From an uncultured Clostridia bacterium (GTDB taxonomy: Bacteria; Bacillota; Clostridia; TANB77; CAG-508), in contig CANRED010000003.1 of assembly GCA_947629555.1 (NCBI GenBank), positions 8,564 to 72,563 on the forward strand: a stretch of DNA of 64,000 nt, given 5' to 3'. The position numbers were made by a program, and so were the translations under genes. Under the pieces are notes generated by a model that saw nothing but the letters and a program-made list of their open reading frames with translations, was not told where the DNA came from and did no database searches. Numbering within the stretch: position 1 is the first letter of the stretch; each line of letters opens with the position of its first letter. Below, in pieces: positions 42,520-53,723 of this stretch.

Positions 42520-43617
42520 TTGGTAATTGATATTGCATATTGGACAAGGGTGTTAAAAAGAATAATAATAGCAGTAGTCAGTATTATTGCAGTTTATTTA
42601 GCATTTAAACTAGCTATATTTTATATCCCATTTCTAATAGCTTTCATTATATCTTTAATAGTTGAACCCATAATAAGAAGCGTTGTAAAAAAAACAAAAT
42701 TAACAAGAAAAACTAGTGCTATTATTGTTTTATTATTTGTATTTACAGTTTTAATAGGATTAATTATTTGGGGAATTGCAAGTGTTATTTCAGAAGCATC
42801 AAATTTACTACAAGGCTTAAATGGATATATAGAAAAGGGATATCAGCAAATACAATGGTTTATAGATAATATGGATTTTGAAAAAATAAAGATTCCAGAA
42901 CAAGTATATGGCATTGTACAAAATTCTTTAGGGGATGTTGTTTCTACAATATCTAATTGGGTAAGGGGAACATTAACATCATTATTAAATGGATTAACTC
43001 AATTACCTATAATAGGAATATATATAATAATAACATTGCTTGCTACATATTTTATATGTACAGATAAATTATATATATTAGATCAAATGGAACATCATTT
43101 ACCAAAACTATGGATAAAAAAATTAAAAATACATTTAAAAGAACTAACAGTAACATTAGGAGGATACTTAAAAGCTGAAGTAATATTAATAATAATATCT
43201 TTTATAGAGGTATTAGTTGGATTATATATATTTAAATTTATAGGATTTAATATACAATATCCATTATTAGCAGCATTGGGAATAGGATTTGTAGATGCCT
43301 TACCAATATTAGGATCAGGTACAGTAATGGTACCATGGGCGATAATATCAGCAATAAATGGAGACATACGATTAGCAATAGCATTGCTTATTTTGTATAC
43401 AATAGTGTTAGTGGTAAGACAATTATTAGAACCAAGAATTGTAAGTGGACAAATAGGAATACACCCTATATTCACATTAATTGCAATGTATACAGGATTT
43501 AAATTTGCGGGTGTAATAGGATTACTATTTGGACCAATAATATTAATAATTTTAAAAAATATTTTTGGTACATTAATAGACAAAGGAGTAGTAAAAACAA
43601 TATTAGATAGAGGATGA
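42520..43617 (+). CDS. ytvI: Sporulation integral membrane protein YtvI (AI-2E family)
   Basis: DALPILGSG, RQLLEPRIV...GIHP, GLLFGP. Confidence 0.9.
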   Translation: MVIDIAYWTRVLKRIIIAVVSIIAVYLAFKLAIFYIPFLIAFIISLIVEPIIRSVVKKTKLTRKTSAIIVLLFVFTVLIGLIIWGIASVISEASNLLQGLNGYIEKGYQQIQWFIDNMDFEKIKIPEQVYGIVQNSLGDVVSTISNWVRGTLTSLLNGLTQLPIIGIYIIITLLATYFICTDKLYILDQMEHHLPKLWIKKLKIHLKELTVTLGGYLKAEVILIIISFIEVLVGLYIFKFIGFNIQYPLLAALGIGFVDALPILGSGTVMVPWAIISAINGDIRLAIALLILYTIVLVVRQLLEPRIVSGQIGIHPIFTLIAMYTGFKFAGVIGLLFGPIILIILKNIFGTLIDKGVVKTILDRG

Positions 43618-43646
43618 AAAATGGGTAGCATTACGCTACCCATTTT
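43617..43646. terminator. Bidirectional terminator
   Basis: AAAATGGGTAGC-attac-GCTACCCATTTT. Confidence 0.8.
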
Positions 43647-43653
43647 GTGTTGG

Positions 43654-43980
43654 TTAATTGTCCGGCACGAATAAATAAACCACCGAATCACGCTTGGCAT
43701 TACGCTTTACTACAAGCAAAGCTTCTTTGTTTGACCGAAATTCAGACAAACTCTCAAGCTCTTTGCCATCTTGAACAATTATGGATTTTTTTTCTTTCCA
43801 TGCGGTTGATACCTCCCAAAAATCAACAAAGAGAACCTCTTTGCTAATGTGGATGTTCAAGCAACAGCGACGACCGTTTTGGCGAAGCCAAAACCGATTT
43901 AGATAATTCATGCGTTTGCTTCTCGAATCATCTAATGCCTTAATAACTTTTGCAATTTGACTCAAAAAAAGCACCCCCAA
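43654..43980 (-). CDS. Orphan ORF (103-108 aa), GC-richer than neighbours, two in-frame CGG
   Basis: Perfect TTGACA-17-TATAAT promoter at 44026-43998, GGGGGTG SD, terminator downstream. Confidence 0.5.
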   Translation of the reverse strand: MGVLFLSQIAKVIKALDDSRSKRMNYLNRFWLRQNGRRCCLNIHISKEVLFVDFWEVSTAWKEKKSIIVQDGKELESLSEFRSNKEALLVVKRNAKRDSVVYLFVPDN

Positions 43981-43997
43981 ATAAATTTAATAAAACA

Positions 43998-44026
43998 ATT
44001 ATATAGCATTTGACGAAAAATGTCAA
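43998..44026 (-). promoter_or_regulatory. Consensus sigma-A promoter
   Basis: TTGACA-tttttcgtcaaatgcta-TATAAT on the minus strand. Confidence 0.8.
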
Positions 44027-44104
44027 ATTAAAGTAATTACATAAAATTATAAATTAAAAAACGAGAATAAATTTTAAAAAAATGGAAAAATTACCAAAAT
44101 ATAG

Positions 44105-44133
44105 TTGACATATACGGAATAGCGTTGTATAAT
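44105..44133 (+). promoter_or_regulatory. Sigma-A promoter of the S10 operon
   Basis: TTGACA-17 nt-TATAAT. Confidence 0.88.
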
Positions 44134-44139
44134 AGTATA

Positions 44140-44370
44140 GCGTTTAGATTTGCGATGAAGCGAAATGTGGCTACATCCGTAAGGGTGGAGGGAACTTTCG
44201 TGGAGTATGTCTTGGCTTAGACCAGGCGGATAAGTTTTAGTAAAAGCACTTATCCCTAAGTACAAAAGAATTGTAACTTAGGTTTTAATATGGTTATAAA
44301 AGAAACACCAGGGTGCGTTAAAACTTTTGCCAGTCGAGAGGCGAAATTTATTAATATTTCGCTGTACATC
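44140..44370 (+). promoter_or_regulatory. Structured 5' leader of rpsJ (probable ribosomal-protein leader)
   Basis: About 250-nt GC-enriched UTR with hairpins such as CCTAAG/CTTAGG and GCGAAAT/ATTTCGC. Confidence 0.6.
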
Positions 44371-44394
44371 TTAATTTTAAGGAGGGAAACAAAA

Positions 44395-44724
44395 ATGGCA
44401 AAATCAAACAATTTAGTTGGAAGTGAAAAAATTAGAATAAGACTAAAAGCTTATGACAATGTTGTTTTAGATCAGTCTGCTGAAAAGATAGTAGATACTG
44501 CTAAAAGAACAGGTGCAAAAGTATCTGGACCTATACCATTACCAACACAAAAAGAAGTTGTAACAGTAATTCGTTCTCCACACATGCACAAAGATTCAAG
44601 AGAGCAATTTGAAATGAGAACACATAAAAGAGTTATTGATATACTTTATCCAACACAAACAACAGTTGATAGTCTAATGAAATTAGATTTACCAGCAGGT
44701 GTTGACATCGAAATTAAATTATAA
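44395..44724 (+). CDS. rpsJ: 30S ribosomal protein S10
   Basis: [30 protein letters not shown]; start after AAGGAGG. Confidence 0.98.
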   Translation: MAKSNNLVGSEKIRIRLKAYDNVVLDQSAEKIVDTAKRTGAKVSGPIPLPTQKEVVTVIRSPHMHKDSREQFEMRTHKRVIDILYPTQTTVDSLMKLDLPAGVDIEIKL

Positions 44725-44852
44725 TTACTAAAACAACGATGTTTTGATTTATCAAACATCACAAAAATTTTTTCAATATACAGTTATTGTATATTAAAAA
44801 CAACAAAACCAAGCTGATATTAATCAGCCAATAGTTAGGAGGAAATTAAAAA

Positions 44853-45485
44853 ATGAAAAAAGCAATTTTAGGAAGAAAAATTGGAATGACACAAATATTT
44901 GACGAAAAAGGAAAAGTTATTCCAGTAACAGTTATCGAAGCAGGTCCTTGTACAGTTGCTCAAGTTAAAACTGTAGATGCAGATGGATACACAGCTATAC
45001 AATTAGGATTTGCAGATGTAAAGACAAGTAAATTAACAAAACCAGAAGCAGGACATTTTGCAAAAGCAAAATTATCTCCAAAGAAACATTTAAGAGAATT
45101 TAGATTATCAGAAATTTCTTATAATGTAGGAGACGAAATAAAAGCTGATGTATTTACTGCTGGAGAAATGGTTGATATTCAAGGAAAAACAAAAGGTAAA
45201 GGATTCCAAGGCGTTATCAAGCGTCATGGTCAACATAGAGGACCTATGGGACATGGTTCTATGTATCACAGAAGACCAGGTTCAATGGGACCAACATCAA
45301 CTCCAGGTAGAGTATTTAAAGGTAAAAAACTTCCAGGACATATGGGAGCACAAACAGTTACAATACAAAACCTAGAAGTTGTAAAAGTAGATTTAGACAA
45401 AAATGTAATATTAGTTAAAGGTAGTGTACCAGGAGCAAAAGGTGCAATACTAAAAATAAAAGATGCAGTAAAAGCAACAAAGTAA
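44853..45485 (+). CDS. rplC: 50S ribosomal protein L3
   Basis: [15 protein letters not shown]; operon order. Confidence 0.98.
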   Translation: MKKAILGRKIGMTQIFDEKGKVIPVTVIEAGPCTVAQVKTVDADGYTAIQLGFADVKTSKLTKPEAGHFAKAKLSPKKHLREFRLSEISYNVGDEIKADVFTAGEMVDIQGKTKGKGFQGVIKRHGQHRGPMGHGSMYHRRPGSMGPTSTPGRVFKGKKLPGHMGAQTVTIQNLEVVKVDLDKNVILVKGSVPGAKGAILKIKDAVKATK

Positions 45486-45504
45486 GAGAAAGGAGGAAAG
45501 AAAA

Positions 45505-46128
45505 ATGCCTAAAATAGATGTTTATAATATAGAAGGAAAGAAAGTTAGTGATGTAGAATTAAATGAGAATGTATTTGGTATAGAACCAAATGAAGCAGTA
45601 GTACATAGTGTACTAGTTAACTACATGGCTAATCAAAGACAAGGAACACAAAGCACAAAAACAAGGTCAGAAGTATCTGGTGGTGGTAAAAAACCATGGA
45701 AACAAAAAGGAACAGGTAGAGCAAGACAAGGTAGTATAAGAGCTACACAATGGATTAAAGGTGGTATAGCTTTAGGACCAAAACCAAGAAGCTATAAATA
45801 CACAGTAAATAAAAAAGAAAGAAGATTAGCAATTAAATCTATGTTAAGTTCAAAAGTAATTGAAAACGAAATAATAGTTTTAGATGCAATACCTTTCAAA
45901 GAAATAAAAACAAAGAATATGGCAAATGTATTAAATAATTTAAAAGTTGAAGGAAAAACATTAATAGTTTTACCAGAAAAAAATGAGAATGTACAAAAAT
46001 CAGCAAGAAATATTGAAGGGGTAAAAACAAGTTTAGTAAACACAATGAATGCTTACGATTTATTAAAATACAAAAAACTTATAGTAACTCTTGATGCTGT
46101 TAAGAAAATTGAGGAGGTGTACGCATAA
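45505..46128 (+). CDS. rplD: 50S ribosomal protein L4
   Basis: [15 protein letters not shown]. Confidence 0.98.
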   Translation: MPKIDVYNIEGKKVSDVELNENVFGIEPNEAVVHSVLVNYMANQRQGTQSTKTRSEVSGGGKKPWKQKGTGRARQGSIRATQWIKGGIALGPKPRSYKYTVNKKERRLAIKSMLSSKVIENEIIVLDAIPFKEIKTKNMANVLNNLKVEGKTLIVLPEKNENVQKSARNIEGVKTSLVNTMNAYDLLKYKKLIVTLDAVKKIEEVYA

Positions 46129-46475
46129 TGAAACCAGAAGAAATAATTATAAGACCTATAGTTACTGAAAAAAGTAACAATGAATTACAAAATGGAAAGT
46201 ATACCTTTGAAGTAGCAAATAAAGCTACAAAAATACAAATTGCAGATGCTGTTGAAGCTTTATTTAGTGTTAAAGTTTTAAAAGTAAATACAATTTCAGT
46301 TAAGGGAAAAGAAAAAAGAGTTGGTGTACATGTTGGAAAAACATCTGACTGGAAAAAGGCTATAGTAACTATAGATACAAACCCAACAGAAAAAACATAC
46401 TTAACAAAAGGTGGAAAAGAAGTTAAAGTTGCTAAAAAATATAAAGATTCAATAGAAGAATTTATGGGAGCATAA
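46128..46475 (+). CDS. rplW: 50S ribosomal protein L23 (with C-terminal extension)
   Basis: [15 protein letters not shown]. Confidence 0.96.
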   Translation: MKPEEIIIRPIVTEKSNNELQNGKYTFEVANKATKIQIADAVEALFSVKVLKVNTISVKGKEKRVGVHVGKTSDWKKAIVTIDTNPTEKTYLTKGGKEVKVAKKYKDSIEEFMGA

Positions 46476-46558
46476 TTTAGCAAATATTATCTGGAATAAA
46501 CCAGGAAAACAAAAAAATATCTGTTATGCGGGCAGGAAAAAATCCGTAAATATAAAAT

Positions 46559-46671
46559 AAAACGATTCAAAAAAGTGAGTAATGCTAGGCATTTTTAAAA
46601 TAAAATTTTGAAATAGTACGAGAAAAATTTTATAAAAAATAACGGCGCAGTACAAAGTTTTTTAAACGTTT
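46559..46671 (-). repeat. Fold-back element related to those at 50197 and 52616, inverted and degenerate
   Basis: Reverse strand reads ...GCGCCGTT-stem-GTAC-TATTTC-stem-GCCTAGCATTACT... Confidence 0.55.
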
Positions 46672-46687
46672 GAGAAGGAGAAGAAAA

Positions 46688-47515
46688 ATGGGAATAAAAC
46701 ATTACAATCCAATAACTCCATCAACAAGAAACATGACAGTTTCTACATTTGAAGAAATTACAAAGAAAACTCCTGAAAAATCTTTACTTGCAACAAAGAA
46801 AAAGAATGCAGGAAGAAACTCTTATGGTAGAATAACTGTTAGACATCAAGGTGGAGGAAATAGACAAAAATACAGAATAATAGATTTTAAACGTAAAAAA
46901 GATGATATGACAGCAACTGTTATAGGAATCGAGTATGATCCAAACAGAACTGCAAATATAGCTTTAATTCAATATGAAGATGGAGAAAAAGCATATATAT
47001 TAGCTCCAATAGGATTAAAAGATGGAGATAAAGTAGTATCTGGAATGAATGCAGATATTAGACCAGGAAATTGTATGCCAATTGAAAACATACCAGTTGG
47101 TACTATGATTCATAATATAGAATTAAATCCAGGTCAAGGTGGAAAATTAGTTAGAGCAGCTGGTCAAGAAGCTCAATTAATGGCTAAAGAAGGTGCTTAT
47201 GCACACGTAAGACTTCCATCTGGCGAAATGAGATTAATTTTATCAAGATGTAGAGCAACAATAGGAACAATAGGAAATGCAGATCAAGAAAACGTTAAAT
47301 TAGGTAAAGCTGGAAGAACAAGACATCATGGTATAAGACCAACGGTTAGAGGTTCTGTTATGAACCCAGTAGATCACCCTCATGGTGGTGGTGAAGGTAG
47401 AGCACCAGTTGGTCACGCAGGACCAATGACACCTTGGGGCAAACCAGCACTTGGATACAAGACAAGAAAGAAAAACAAACAATCAAACAAATTTATAGTA
47501 AAGAGAAGAAAATAA
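46688..47515 (+). CDS. rplB: 50S ribosomal protein L2
   Basis: [20 protein letters not shown]. Confidence 0.98.
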   Translation: MGIKHYNPITPSTRNMTVSTFEEITKKTPEKSLLATKKKNAGRNSYGRITVRHQGGGNRQKYRIIDFKRKKDDMTATVIGIEYDPNRTANIALIQYEDGEKAYILAPIGLKDGDKVVSGMNADIRPGNCMPIENIPVGTMIHNIELNPGQGGKLVRAAGQEAQLMAKEGAYAHVRLPSGEMRLILSRCRATIGTIGNADQENVKLGKAGRTRHHGIRPTVRGSVMNPVDHPHGGGEGRAPVGHAGPMTPWGKPALGYKTRKKNKQSNKFIVKRRK

Positions 47516-47531
47516 AAAAGGAGGAAATCAA

Positions 47532-47810
47532 ATGTCAAGATCATTAAAAAAGAAACCATTTATAGCAGAAAGCTTACTAAAAAAAGTAGAAGCTATGAAT
47601 GAAACTGGAAATAAAGAAGTTATAAAAACATGGTCAAGAGCATCAACAATATATCCACAAATGATAGGACATACAATAGCTGTTCATGACGGAAGAAAAC
47701 ATGTTCCTATCTATATTTCAGAAGAAATGATTGGACATAAATTAGGCGAATTTGCTCCAACAAGAACTTTTAAAGGTCATGCTGGAGAAAAAACAACAAC
47801 AAATAAATAG
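47532..47810 (+). CDS. rpsS: 30S ribosomal protein S19
   Basis: [16 protein letters not shown]. Confidence 0.98.
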   Translation: MSRSLKKKPFIAESLLKKVEAMNETGNKEVIKTWSRASTIYPQMIGHTIAVHDGRKHVPIYISEEMIGHKLGEFAPTRTFKGHAGEKTTTNK

Positions 47811-47845
47811 AGATATAACATTTAACCATAAAGGAGGTAAAGTAA

Positions 47846-48199
47846 ATGCCAGAAGAAACAGTTTTAGAAGCTAGAGCTGAATTAAAATATGCAAGAATTG
47901 CTCCAAGAAAAGTTAAAATTGTTGCAGATTTAATTAGAGGAAAAAATGTTGACGAAGCTTTAGCAATTGTTAAATTCACACCAAAAGCATCATCTGAAAT
48001 AGTTGAAAAATTATTAAAATCAGCTATTGCAAATGCTGAAAATAATAATGGTATGGATAGATCAAAATTAGTTATAAGTGAAATTTATGCAAACCAAGGA
48101 CCAACATTAAAAAGAATTAGACCAGCAGCAAAAGGTTCTGCTGTTAGAATAAGAAAAAGAACAAGTCATATAACAATAGTTTTAAGAGAAAGTAATTAG
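47846..48199 (+). CDS. rplV: 50S ribosomal protein L22
   Basis: [17 protein letters not shown]. Confidence 0.98.
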   Translation: MPEETVLEARAELKYARIAPRKVKIVADLIRGKNVDEALAIVKFTPKASSEIVEKLLKSAIANAENNNGMDRSKLVISEIYANQGPTLKRIRPAAKGSAVRIRKRTSHITIVLRESN

Positions 48200-48221
48200 T
48201 TAGAAAGGAGGATTTTAATCA

Positions 48222-48884
48222 ATGGGACAAAAAATGCATCCACATGGATTAAGAGTAGGTGTTATCAAAGATTGGAGTTCAAAATGGTATGCAGATTCTA
48301 AAAACTTTGGTGATTACCTTGTAGAAGACCAAAAAATTCGTAAATATGTAAAACAAAAATTATTTGTTAGCGGAATTTCAAAAATAGAAATTGAAAGAAC
48401 AGCTAAATTTGTTAAAGTAAATGTATATACTGCAAAACCTGGATTAGTAATAGGTAAAGGTGGAAATCTTGCAGAAGTACTAAAAAATGATTTAAGTAAA
48501 ATGATAGGAAAAGAAGTAAATTTAAATATAGTTGAGGTAAAAAATATAGACACAGATGCACAATTAGTTGCAGAAAATATAGCTAATCAACTAGAAAGAA
48601 GAATTTCTTTTAGACGTGCAATGAAACAATGCATGCAAAAAACAATGAAGGCAGGAGCTTTAGGTATAAAAACAGCAGTATCAGGAAGACTTGGTGGTGC
48701 TGATATGGCAAGAACAGAATTCTATAAAGAAGGTACAATACCACTTCAAACAATTAGAGCAGATATAGATTATGGATTTGCTGAAGCAGATACAACTTAT
48801 GGAAAAATAGGTGTAAAAGTTTGGATATACAAAGGTGAGGTTCTTCCAACTAAAAAAGCAAAAGTGGAAGGAGGAGAAGAATAA
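48222..48884 (+). CDS. rpsC: 30S ribosomal protein S3
   Basis: [20 protein letters not shown]. Confidence 0.98.
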   Translation: MGQKMHPHGLRVGVIKDWSSKWYADSKNFGDYLVEDQKIRKYVKQKLFVSGISKIEIERTAKFVKVNVYTAKPGLVIGKGGNLAEVLKNDLSKMIGKEVNLNIVEVKNIDTDAQLVAENIANQLERRISFRRAMKQCMQKTMKAGALGIKTAVSGRLGGADMARTEFYKEGTIPLQTIRADIDYGFAEADTTYGKIGVKVWIYKGEVLPTKKAKVEGGEE

Positions 48885-49327
48885 TGCCAGTAATGCCAAA
48901 AAGAACAAAATATAGAAAAATGCAAAAAGGTAGAAATAGAGGTAAAGCAACAAGAGGTAATGTTGTAAACGAAGGAGAATATGGAATACAAGCATTAGAA
49001 GCTGGACTTATTACAGCAAATCAAATAGAAGCAGCACGTATTGCGATGACACGTTCAATAAAAAGAGGTGGAAAAGTTTGGATTAAAATATTCCCAAATA
49101 AACCTATTTCTAAGAAACCAGCAGAAACTCGTATGGGTAAAGGAAAAGGTGCTACAGAGTATTGGGTAGCAGTTGTAAAACCTGGTAGAGTATTATTTGA
49201 AATAGCAGGTGTTAGCGAAGATGTTGCAAGAGAAGCTTTAAGATTAGCAGCTCATAAGTTACCTATAAAAACTAAGTTTCTAGCAAGAGAAAATAGTCAA
49301 GGTGGTGATAGCAATGAAGATGAATAA
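48884..49327 (+). CDS. rplP: 50S ribosomal protein L16
   Basis: QIEAAR, RMGKGKG. Confidence 0.98.
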   Translation: MPVMPKRTKYRKMQKGRNRGKATRGNVVNEGEYGIQALEAGLITANQIEAARIAMTRSIKRGGKVWIKIFPNKPISKKPAETRMGKGKGATEYWVAVVKPGRVLFEIAGVSEDVAREALRLAAHKLPIKTKFLARENSQGGDSNEDE

Positions 49328-49511
49328 AATTAAGGAAATGTCTTCAGAAGAGCTAGTAAAGGAATTACAAGAATTAAAACAAGAATTATTTAAATTGAGA
49401 TTTAGCTTAGCTACAAACGGTTTAGATAATCCAATGAAAATTCCTCAAGTTAAGAAGGATATAGCAAGAATAAATACAGAAATAAGACAAAGAGAATTAG
49501 CAAATAAATAA
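49314..49511 (+). CDS. rpmC: 50S ribosomal protein L29
   Basis: ELFKLRF, KKDIARI. Confidence 0.96.
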   Translation: MKMNKIKEMSSEELVKELQELKQELFKLRFSLATNGLDNPMKIPQVKKDIARINTEIRQRELANK

Positions 49512-49536
49512 TGAATATTAGAAAGGAGAAAATCCG

Positions 49537-49800
49537 ATGGAAGAAAGAAATCTTCGTAAAGTTATGATTGGTACAGTAAAATCTAACAAAATGGACAAAA
49601 CAGTAGTTGTATCAGTTGCAACAAACGTAAAACATCCAATGTATAGCAAGATTGTTAAAAGAACATATAATTTAAAAGCTCATGATGAAGAAAATCAATG
49701 CCAAATTGGAGATAAAGTAAAAGTTATGGAAACAAGACCTCTATCAAAAGATAAAAGATGGAGAGTTGTTGAAATAGTAGAAAAAGCAGTAATAAAGTAA
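49537..49800 (+). CDS. rpsQ: 30S ribosomal protein S17
   Basis: [19 protein letters not shown]. Confidence 0.98.
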   Translation: MEERNLRKVMIGTVKSNKMDKTVVVSVATNVKHPMYSKIVKRTYNLKAHDEENQCQIGDKVKVMETRPLSKDKRWRVVEIVEKAVIK

Positions 49801-49828
49801 GAATATTAAAGAAGGAGGAACTATAACG

Positions 49829-50197
49829 ATGGTACAACAACAAACAAAACTAAAAGTAGCTGACAACACTGGCGCCAAAGAAATCATGTGTATCAGATGT
49901 TTAGGTGGATCACACAGAAAGTTTGCAAACATTGGTGATATAATAATTGCTTCTGTTAAAGATGCTACACCAGGAGGAGTTGTAAAAAAAGGTGATGTAG
50001 TAAAAGCAGTTGTAGTAAGAACAAAAAAAGGTGCAAGAAGACCAGATGGTTCTTATGTAAAATTTGATGAAAATGCAGCAGTAATTATACGTGATGATGG
50101 AACTCCAAGAGGAACACGTATATTTGGACCAGTTGCAAGAGAATTGAGAGATAAAGATTATATGAAGATTTTGTCTTTAGCTCCAGAAGTACTATAA
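49829..50197 (+). CDS. rplN: 50S ribosomal protein L14
   Basis: [22 protein letters not shown]. Confidence 0.98.
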   Translation: MVQQQTKLKVADNTGAKEIMCIRCLGGSHRKFANIGDIIIASVKDATPGGVVKKGDVVKAVVVRTKKGARRPDGSYVKFDENAAVIIRDDGTPRGTRIFGPVARELRDKDYMKILSLAPEVL

Positions 50198-50319
50198 AAA
50201 CAAATGAAAAGCGGCGTCTTGCGTTGTCAAGCGTCAGCAAAAATCTTTCAATATACAAAAAGTATAATTTCAAGATTTTTGCTTAGCTTTCCTAGCAATA
50301 CTTGCTTTTGATTTGTTTT
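50197..50319 (+). repeat. About 120-bp fold-back element between rplN and rplX
   Basis: Outer arms AAAACAAAT/ATTTGTTTT, inner GCAAAAATCTT/AAGATTTTTGC, apex TATAC/GTATA. Confidence 0.7.
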
Positions 50320-50413
50320 TTTATTAAAAATATATCTACATTGTAGAGAATAAAAAGACAATATATAACAAAGTTAAAATATAAACTTCAAAATAAAAAG
50401 AGGTGAAAAATTA

Positions 50414-50722
50414 ATGAAGATAAAAAAAGGAGATACAGTACAAGTTTTATCTGGAAACGATAAAGGTAAAAAAGGAGAAGTTTTAGAAGTTATACCAAAA
50501 ACTGAAAAAATTATAGTAAAAGGTGTAAATATAAGAAAAAAACATGTTAAACCTAGAAAACAAGGTGAAGAAGGTGGAATAATACCAGTTGAGTGTGCTA
50601 TACATAGTGCAAAAGTTAATGTGGTATGCCCAAAATGTAACAAGCCTGCAAGAATAGGTTATGAAATGGATAAAGATAAAAAAGTTCGTATTTGTAGAAG
50701 ATGCGGAACAAAGTTAAAATAG
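50414..50722 (+). CDS. rplX: 50S ribosomal protein L24
   Basis: KKGDTVQVLSGNDKGK. Confidence 0.98.
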   Translation: MKIKKGDTVQVLSGNDKGKKGEVLEVIPKTEKIIVKGVNIRKKHVKPRKQGEEGGIIPVECAIHSAKVNVVCPKCNKPARIGYEMDKDKKVRICRRCGTKLK

Positions 50723-50755
50723 TATAAAATTAAGAAAGGAGGATAATAAATTAAT

Positions 50756-51295
50756 ATGGAAAAATTAAGAGAACAATATGAAAAAGAAGTTATACCAGCT
50801 TTAATGAAAAAATTTGAATATAAATCTATTATGCAAGTTCCAAAACTTGAAAAAATAGTTATAAATATAGGTTTAGGAGATACTAGAGATAATCCTAAAT
50901 CATTAGAAAATGCAGTAGCAGATTTAACACAAATAACAGGACAAAAGCCAATGATAACAAAGGCAAAAAAATCAATAGCTGCATTCAAATTAAGAGAAGG
51001 TGCAAATACTGGATGTAAAGTTACATTAAGAAAAGATAAAATGTATGATTTCGCGTACAAATTATTTAATGTAGCATTACCAAGAGTAAGAGATTTTAGA
51101 GGAGTTTCAGCAAATTCTTTTGATGGTAGAGGAAACTACTCAATGGGTATAAAAGAACAATTAATATTCCCAGAAATCGAGTACGATAAAATAGATAAAT
51201 TAAGAGGTATGGATATAATATTTGTAACAACAGCTAAAACAGACGAAGAAGCAAAAGAATTACTTACATTATTAGGAATGCCTTTTAGAGTATAA
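50756..51295 (+). CDS. rplE: 50S ribosomal protein L5
   Basis: [19 protein letters not shown]. Confidence 0.98.
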   Translation: MEKLREQYEKEVIPALMKKFEYKSIMQVPKLEKIVINIGLGDTRDNPKSLENAVADLTQITGQKPMITKAKKSIAAFKLREGANTGCKVTLRKDKMYDFAYKLFNVALPRVRDFRGVSANSFDGRGNYSMGIKEQLIFPEIEYDKIDKLRGMDIIFVTTAKTDEEAKELLTLLGMPFRV

Positions 51296-51342
51296 AAATT
51301 GTCATGCTTCATAAAAAATGAAGAAGGAGGTAATTAAAACAA

Positions 51343-51528
51343 ATGGCAAAAAAAGCAATGATTTTAAAACAACAAAAACAACAAAAATATAAAACAAGAG
51401 AATATAACAGATGTAAAATTTGTGGAAGACCACATGCATATATAAGAAAATTTGGAATTTGCCGTATATGCTTTAGAGAATTAGCACATAAAGGAGAAAT
51501 TCCAGGTGTTAAAAAATCAAGTTGGTAA
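51343..51528 (+). CDS. rpsZ: 30S ribosomal protein S14, zinc-binding type Z
   Basis: RCKICGR...CRICFRE, 61 aa. Confidence 0.97.
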   Translation: MAKKAMILKQQKQQKYKTREYNRCKICGRPHAYIRKFGICRICFRELAHKGEIPGVKKSSW

Positions 51529-51559
51529 AATAATTTTTAAAAAATTATTTTACCAACTT

Positions 51560-51586
51560 GTAGGGAACGACGCCCTCGTCGTTCCG
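51560..51586 (+). repeat. GTAG-type REP-like palindrome
   Basis: GTAG-GGAACGACG-ccct-CGTCGTTCC-G; identical over 26 nt to the copy at 55546. Confidence 0.85.
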
Positions 51587-51630
51587 CTATACAGACAAAC
51601 ACAAAATACAAAGAAGGAGGTAAATAATAG

Positions 51631-52029
51631 ATGAACACAACTGATCCAATAGCAGATATGTTAACAAGAATAAGAAATGCAAATAGCCAAAAATTTAAAA
51701 CTGTAGATGTTCCTGCATCTAACATGAAAACAGCTATAGCACAAATATTATTCGATGAAGGATATATTAAATCTTATGAGATAATAAATAATGACAATCA
51801 AGGTACAATAAGAATAACTTTAAAATATGATGAAAAAGGTAAAAAAGTAATTGCTGGATTAAAGAGAATCAGTAAGCCAGGATTAAGAATATATGCAGCA
51901 AAAGACGAATTACCAAAAGTATTAAATGGTTTAGGAATAGCTTTAATTTCAACATCAAAAGGAATAATGACAGATAAAAAAGCAAGACAAGAAGGTATAG
52001 GTGGAGAAGTTTTAGCTTATATATGGTAA
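51631..52029 (+). CDS. rpsH: 30S ribosomal protein S8
   Basis: [19 protein letters not shown]. Confidence 0.98.
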   Translation: MNTTDPIADMLTRIRNANSQKFKTVDVPASNMKTAIAQILFDEGYIKSYEIINNDNQGTIRITLKYDEKGKKVIAGLKRISKPGLRIYAAKDELPKVLNGLGIALISTSKGIMTDKKARQEGIGGEVLAYIW

Positions 52030-52069
52030 TTTAAACAAGGAAATAAAATATCAAAAAGGAGGAAACAAA

Positions 52070-52609
52070 ATGTCAAGAATAGGAAATAAACCTATTGAAG
52101 TACCTAATGGAGTTGAAGTTAAGGTAGACGGTCATAAAATTACAGTAAAAGGACCAAAAGGAACATTAGAAAAAGAAATACATAAAGATATGATGGTTAC
52201 TGTAGAAAACAATCAAGTAATTGTAAAAAGACCAGATGATGAACCAGCTAGCAAAAGTTTACACGGCTTAACAAGAACTTTAATAAATAATATGATTCAC
52301 GGTACTTCACAAGAATTCACAAGAGAATTAGAAGTAAATGGTGTTGGTTACAGAGTTGCAAAACAAGGAACAAAATTAGTTCTTACATTAGGATATTCAC
52401 ATCCTGTAGAAGTAGAAGCTCCAGCTGGAATTTCATTTGATGTACCAAATCCAAACCAAATTATAGTAAGAGGTATTGATAAAGAATTAGTTGGTCAAAC
52501 AGCAGCTGTAATAAGAACAAAAAGACCACCTGAAGTATATAGAGGTAAAGGTATTAAATATGCTGAAGAGGTTATTAGACGTAAGGAAGGTAAGGCTGGT
52601 AAGAAGTAA
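52070..52609 (+). CDS. rplF: 50S ribosomal protein L6
   Basis: [18 protein letters not shown]. Confidence 0.98.
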   Translation: MSRIGNKPIEVPNGVEVKVDGHKITVKGPKGTLEKEIHKDMMVTVENNQVIVKRPDDEPASKSLHGLTRTLINNMIHGTSQEFTRELEVNGVGYRVAKQGTKLVLTLGYSHPVEVEAPAGISFDVPNPNQIIVRGIDKELVGQTAAVIRTKRPPEVYRGKGIKYAEEVIRRKEGKAGKK

Positions 52610-52615
52610 TACCGA

Positions 52616-52738
52616 GAAACGAATGATAAACTTCGTCTAACTTCGTTAACCTCGTTTAAATTGTCCTCAATGTACCATAAGTACATTTCCGGGAATTTAA
52701 ACTCGGTTGCCTAGTTATACTCGTTTCTAATTCGTTTC
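52616..52738 (+). repeat. About 120-bp fold-back element between rplF and rplR
   Basis: Outer GAAACGAAT/ATTCGTTTC, inner TTTAAATT/AATTTAAA, apex AATGTAC/GTACATT. Confidence 0.7.
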
Positions 52739-52790
52739 ATGAGCGTATTGATAAATAATAATTTTGTTAGAATATGGGGTGAGAAATAAA

Positions 52791-53150
52791 ATGATAACAA
52801 AGACAGATAGAAAAATGGAAAGAACAAGAAGACATATAAGAGTTCGTAGAAAAATAAGCGGAACAGCAGAATGCCCAAGATTATGTGTATATAGAAGTAA
52901 CACAAATTTATATGTTCAAGTTATAGACGATGTTGCTGGAAACACATTAGTAAGTGCTTCAACATTAGATAAAGAGATAAAGACAAAGAAATCAAATAAA
53001 GAAGCAGCAAAAGAATTAGGAGCATTAATTGCTAAAAAAGCATTAGATAAAAATATAAAAACAGTAGTTTATGATAGAGGCGGATATATCTATCATGGTG
53101 TTGTTAAAGAATTAGCAGAAGCTGCAAGAGCAGCAGGATTAGAATTCTAA
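52791..53150 (+). CDS. rplR: 50S ribosomal protein L18
   Basis: [17 protein letters not shown]. Confidence 0.98.
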   Translation: MITKTDRKMERTRRHIRVRRKISGTAECPRLCVYRSNTNLYVQVIDDVAGNTLVSASTLDKEIKTKKSNKEAAKELGALIAKKALDKNIKTVVYDRGGYIYHGVVKELAEAARAAGLEF

Positions 53151-53176
53151 TTAAAAAGGAGGGAAACTAATAAACA

Positions 53177-53665
53177 ATGGAAGAAAATACAGTTGAATTA
53201 AAAGAAAAAGTAGTTGCTATAAATAGAGTTGCTAAAGTTGTTAAAGGTGGTAGAAATTTTAGATTTAGTGCTTTAGTTGTAGTTGGTGATGAACAAGGAC
53301 ATATTGGCGTTGGTAATGGTAAAGCAGCAGAAGTTCCAGATGCTATCAAAAAAGCTATTCAAGAAGCAAAGAAAAACTTAATAGCAGTGCCAATCGTTGG
53401 AACAACAATACCACACGAATATGTAGGACAATTTGGTTCTGCAAGCGTTCTTTTAAAACCAGGTCAAGAAGGTTCTGGACTTATAGCAGGAGGAAGCGTT
53501 CGTCCTGTACTAGAACTTGCTGGATATAAAGACATAAAAACAAAGGTTATAGGAACAAACAACCCAAGAAATGTTGTATATGCTACAATAGAAGCTTTAA
53601 AAAGTATGAATACAGTAGAGGAAGTTGCTAGAAAAAGAGGAAAAAAAGTAGAAGAAATATTATAA
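53177..53665 (+). CDS. rpsE: 30S ribosomal protein S5
   Basis: [10 protein letters not shown]. Confidence 0.98.
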   Translation: MEENTVELKEKVVAINRVAKVVKGGRNFRFSALVVVGDEQGHIGVGNGKAAEVPDAIKKAIQEAKKNLIAVPIVGTTIPHEYVGQFGSASVLLKPGQEGSGLIAGGSVRPVLELAGYKDIKTKVIGTNNPRNVVYATIEALKSMNTVEEVARKRGKKVEEIL

Positions 53666-53723
53666 TATAAATTCATACAAAAGTCGACGATAAGAAATTT
53701 AGAAAGGTAGGTGCAAAATCAGA

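Noticed and set aside
43646..43980. tmRNA or RNase P RNA on the minus strand (about 350 nt, begins GGGGGTG)
   Set aside because: No tRNA-like 3' end with T-loop and CCA, and no RNase P conserved motifs recognised.
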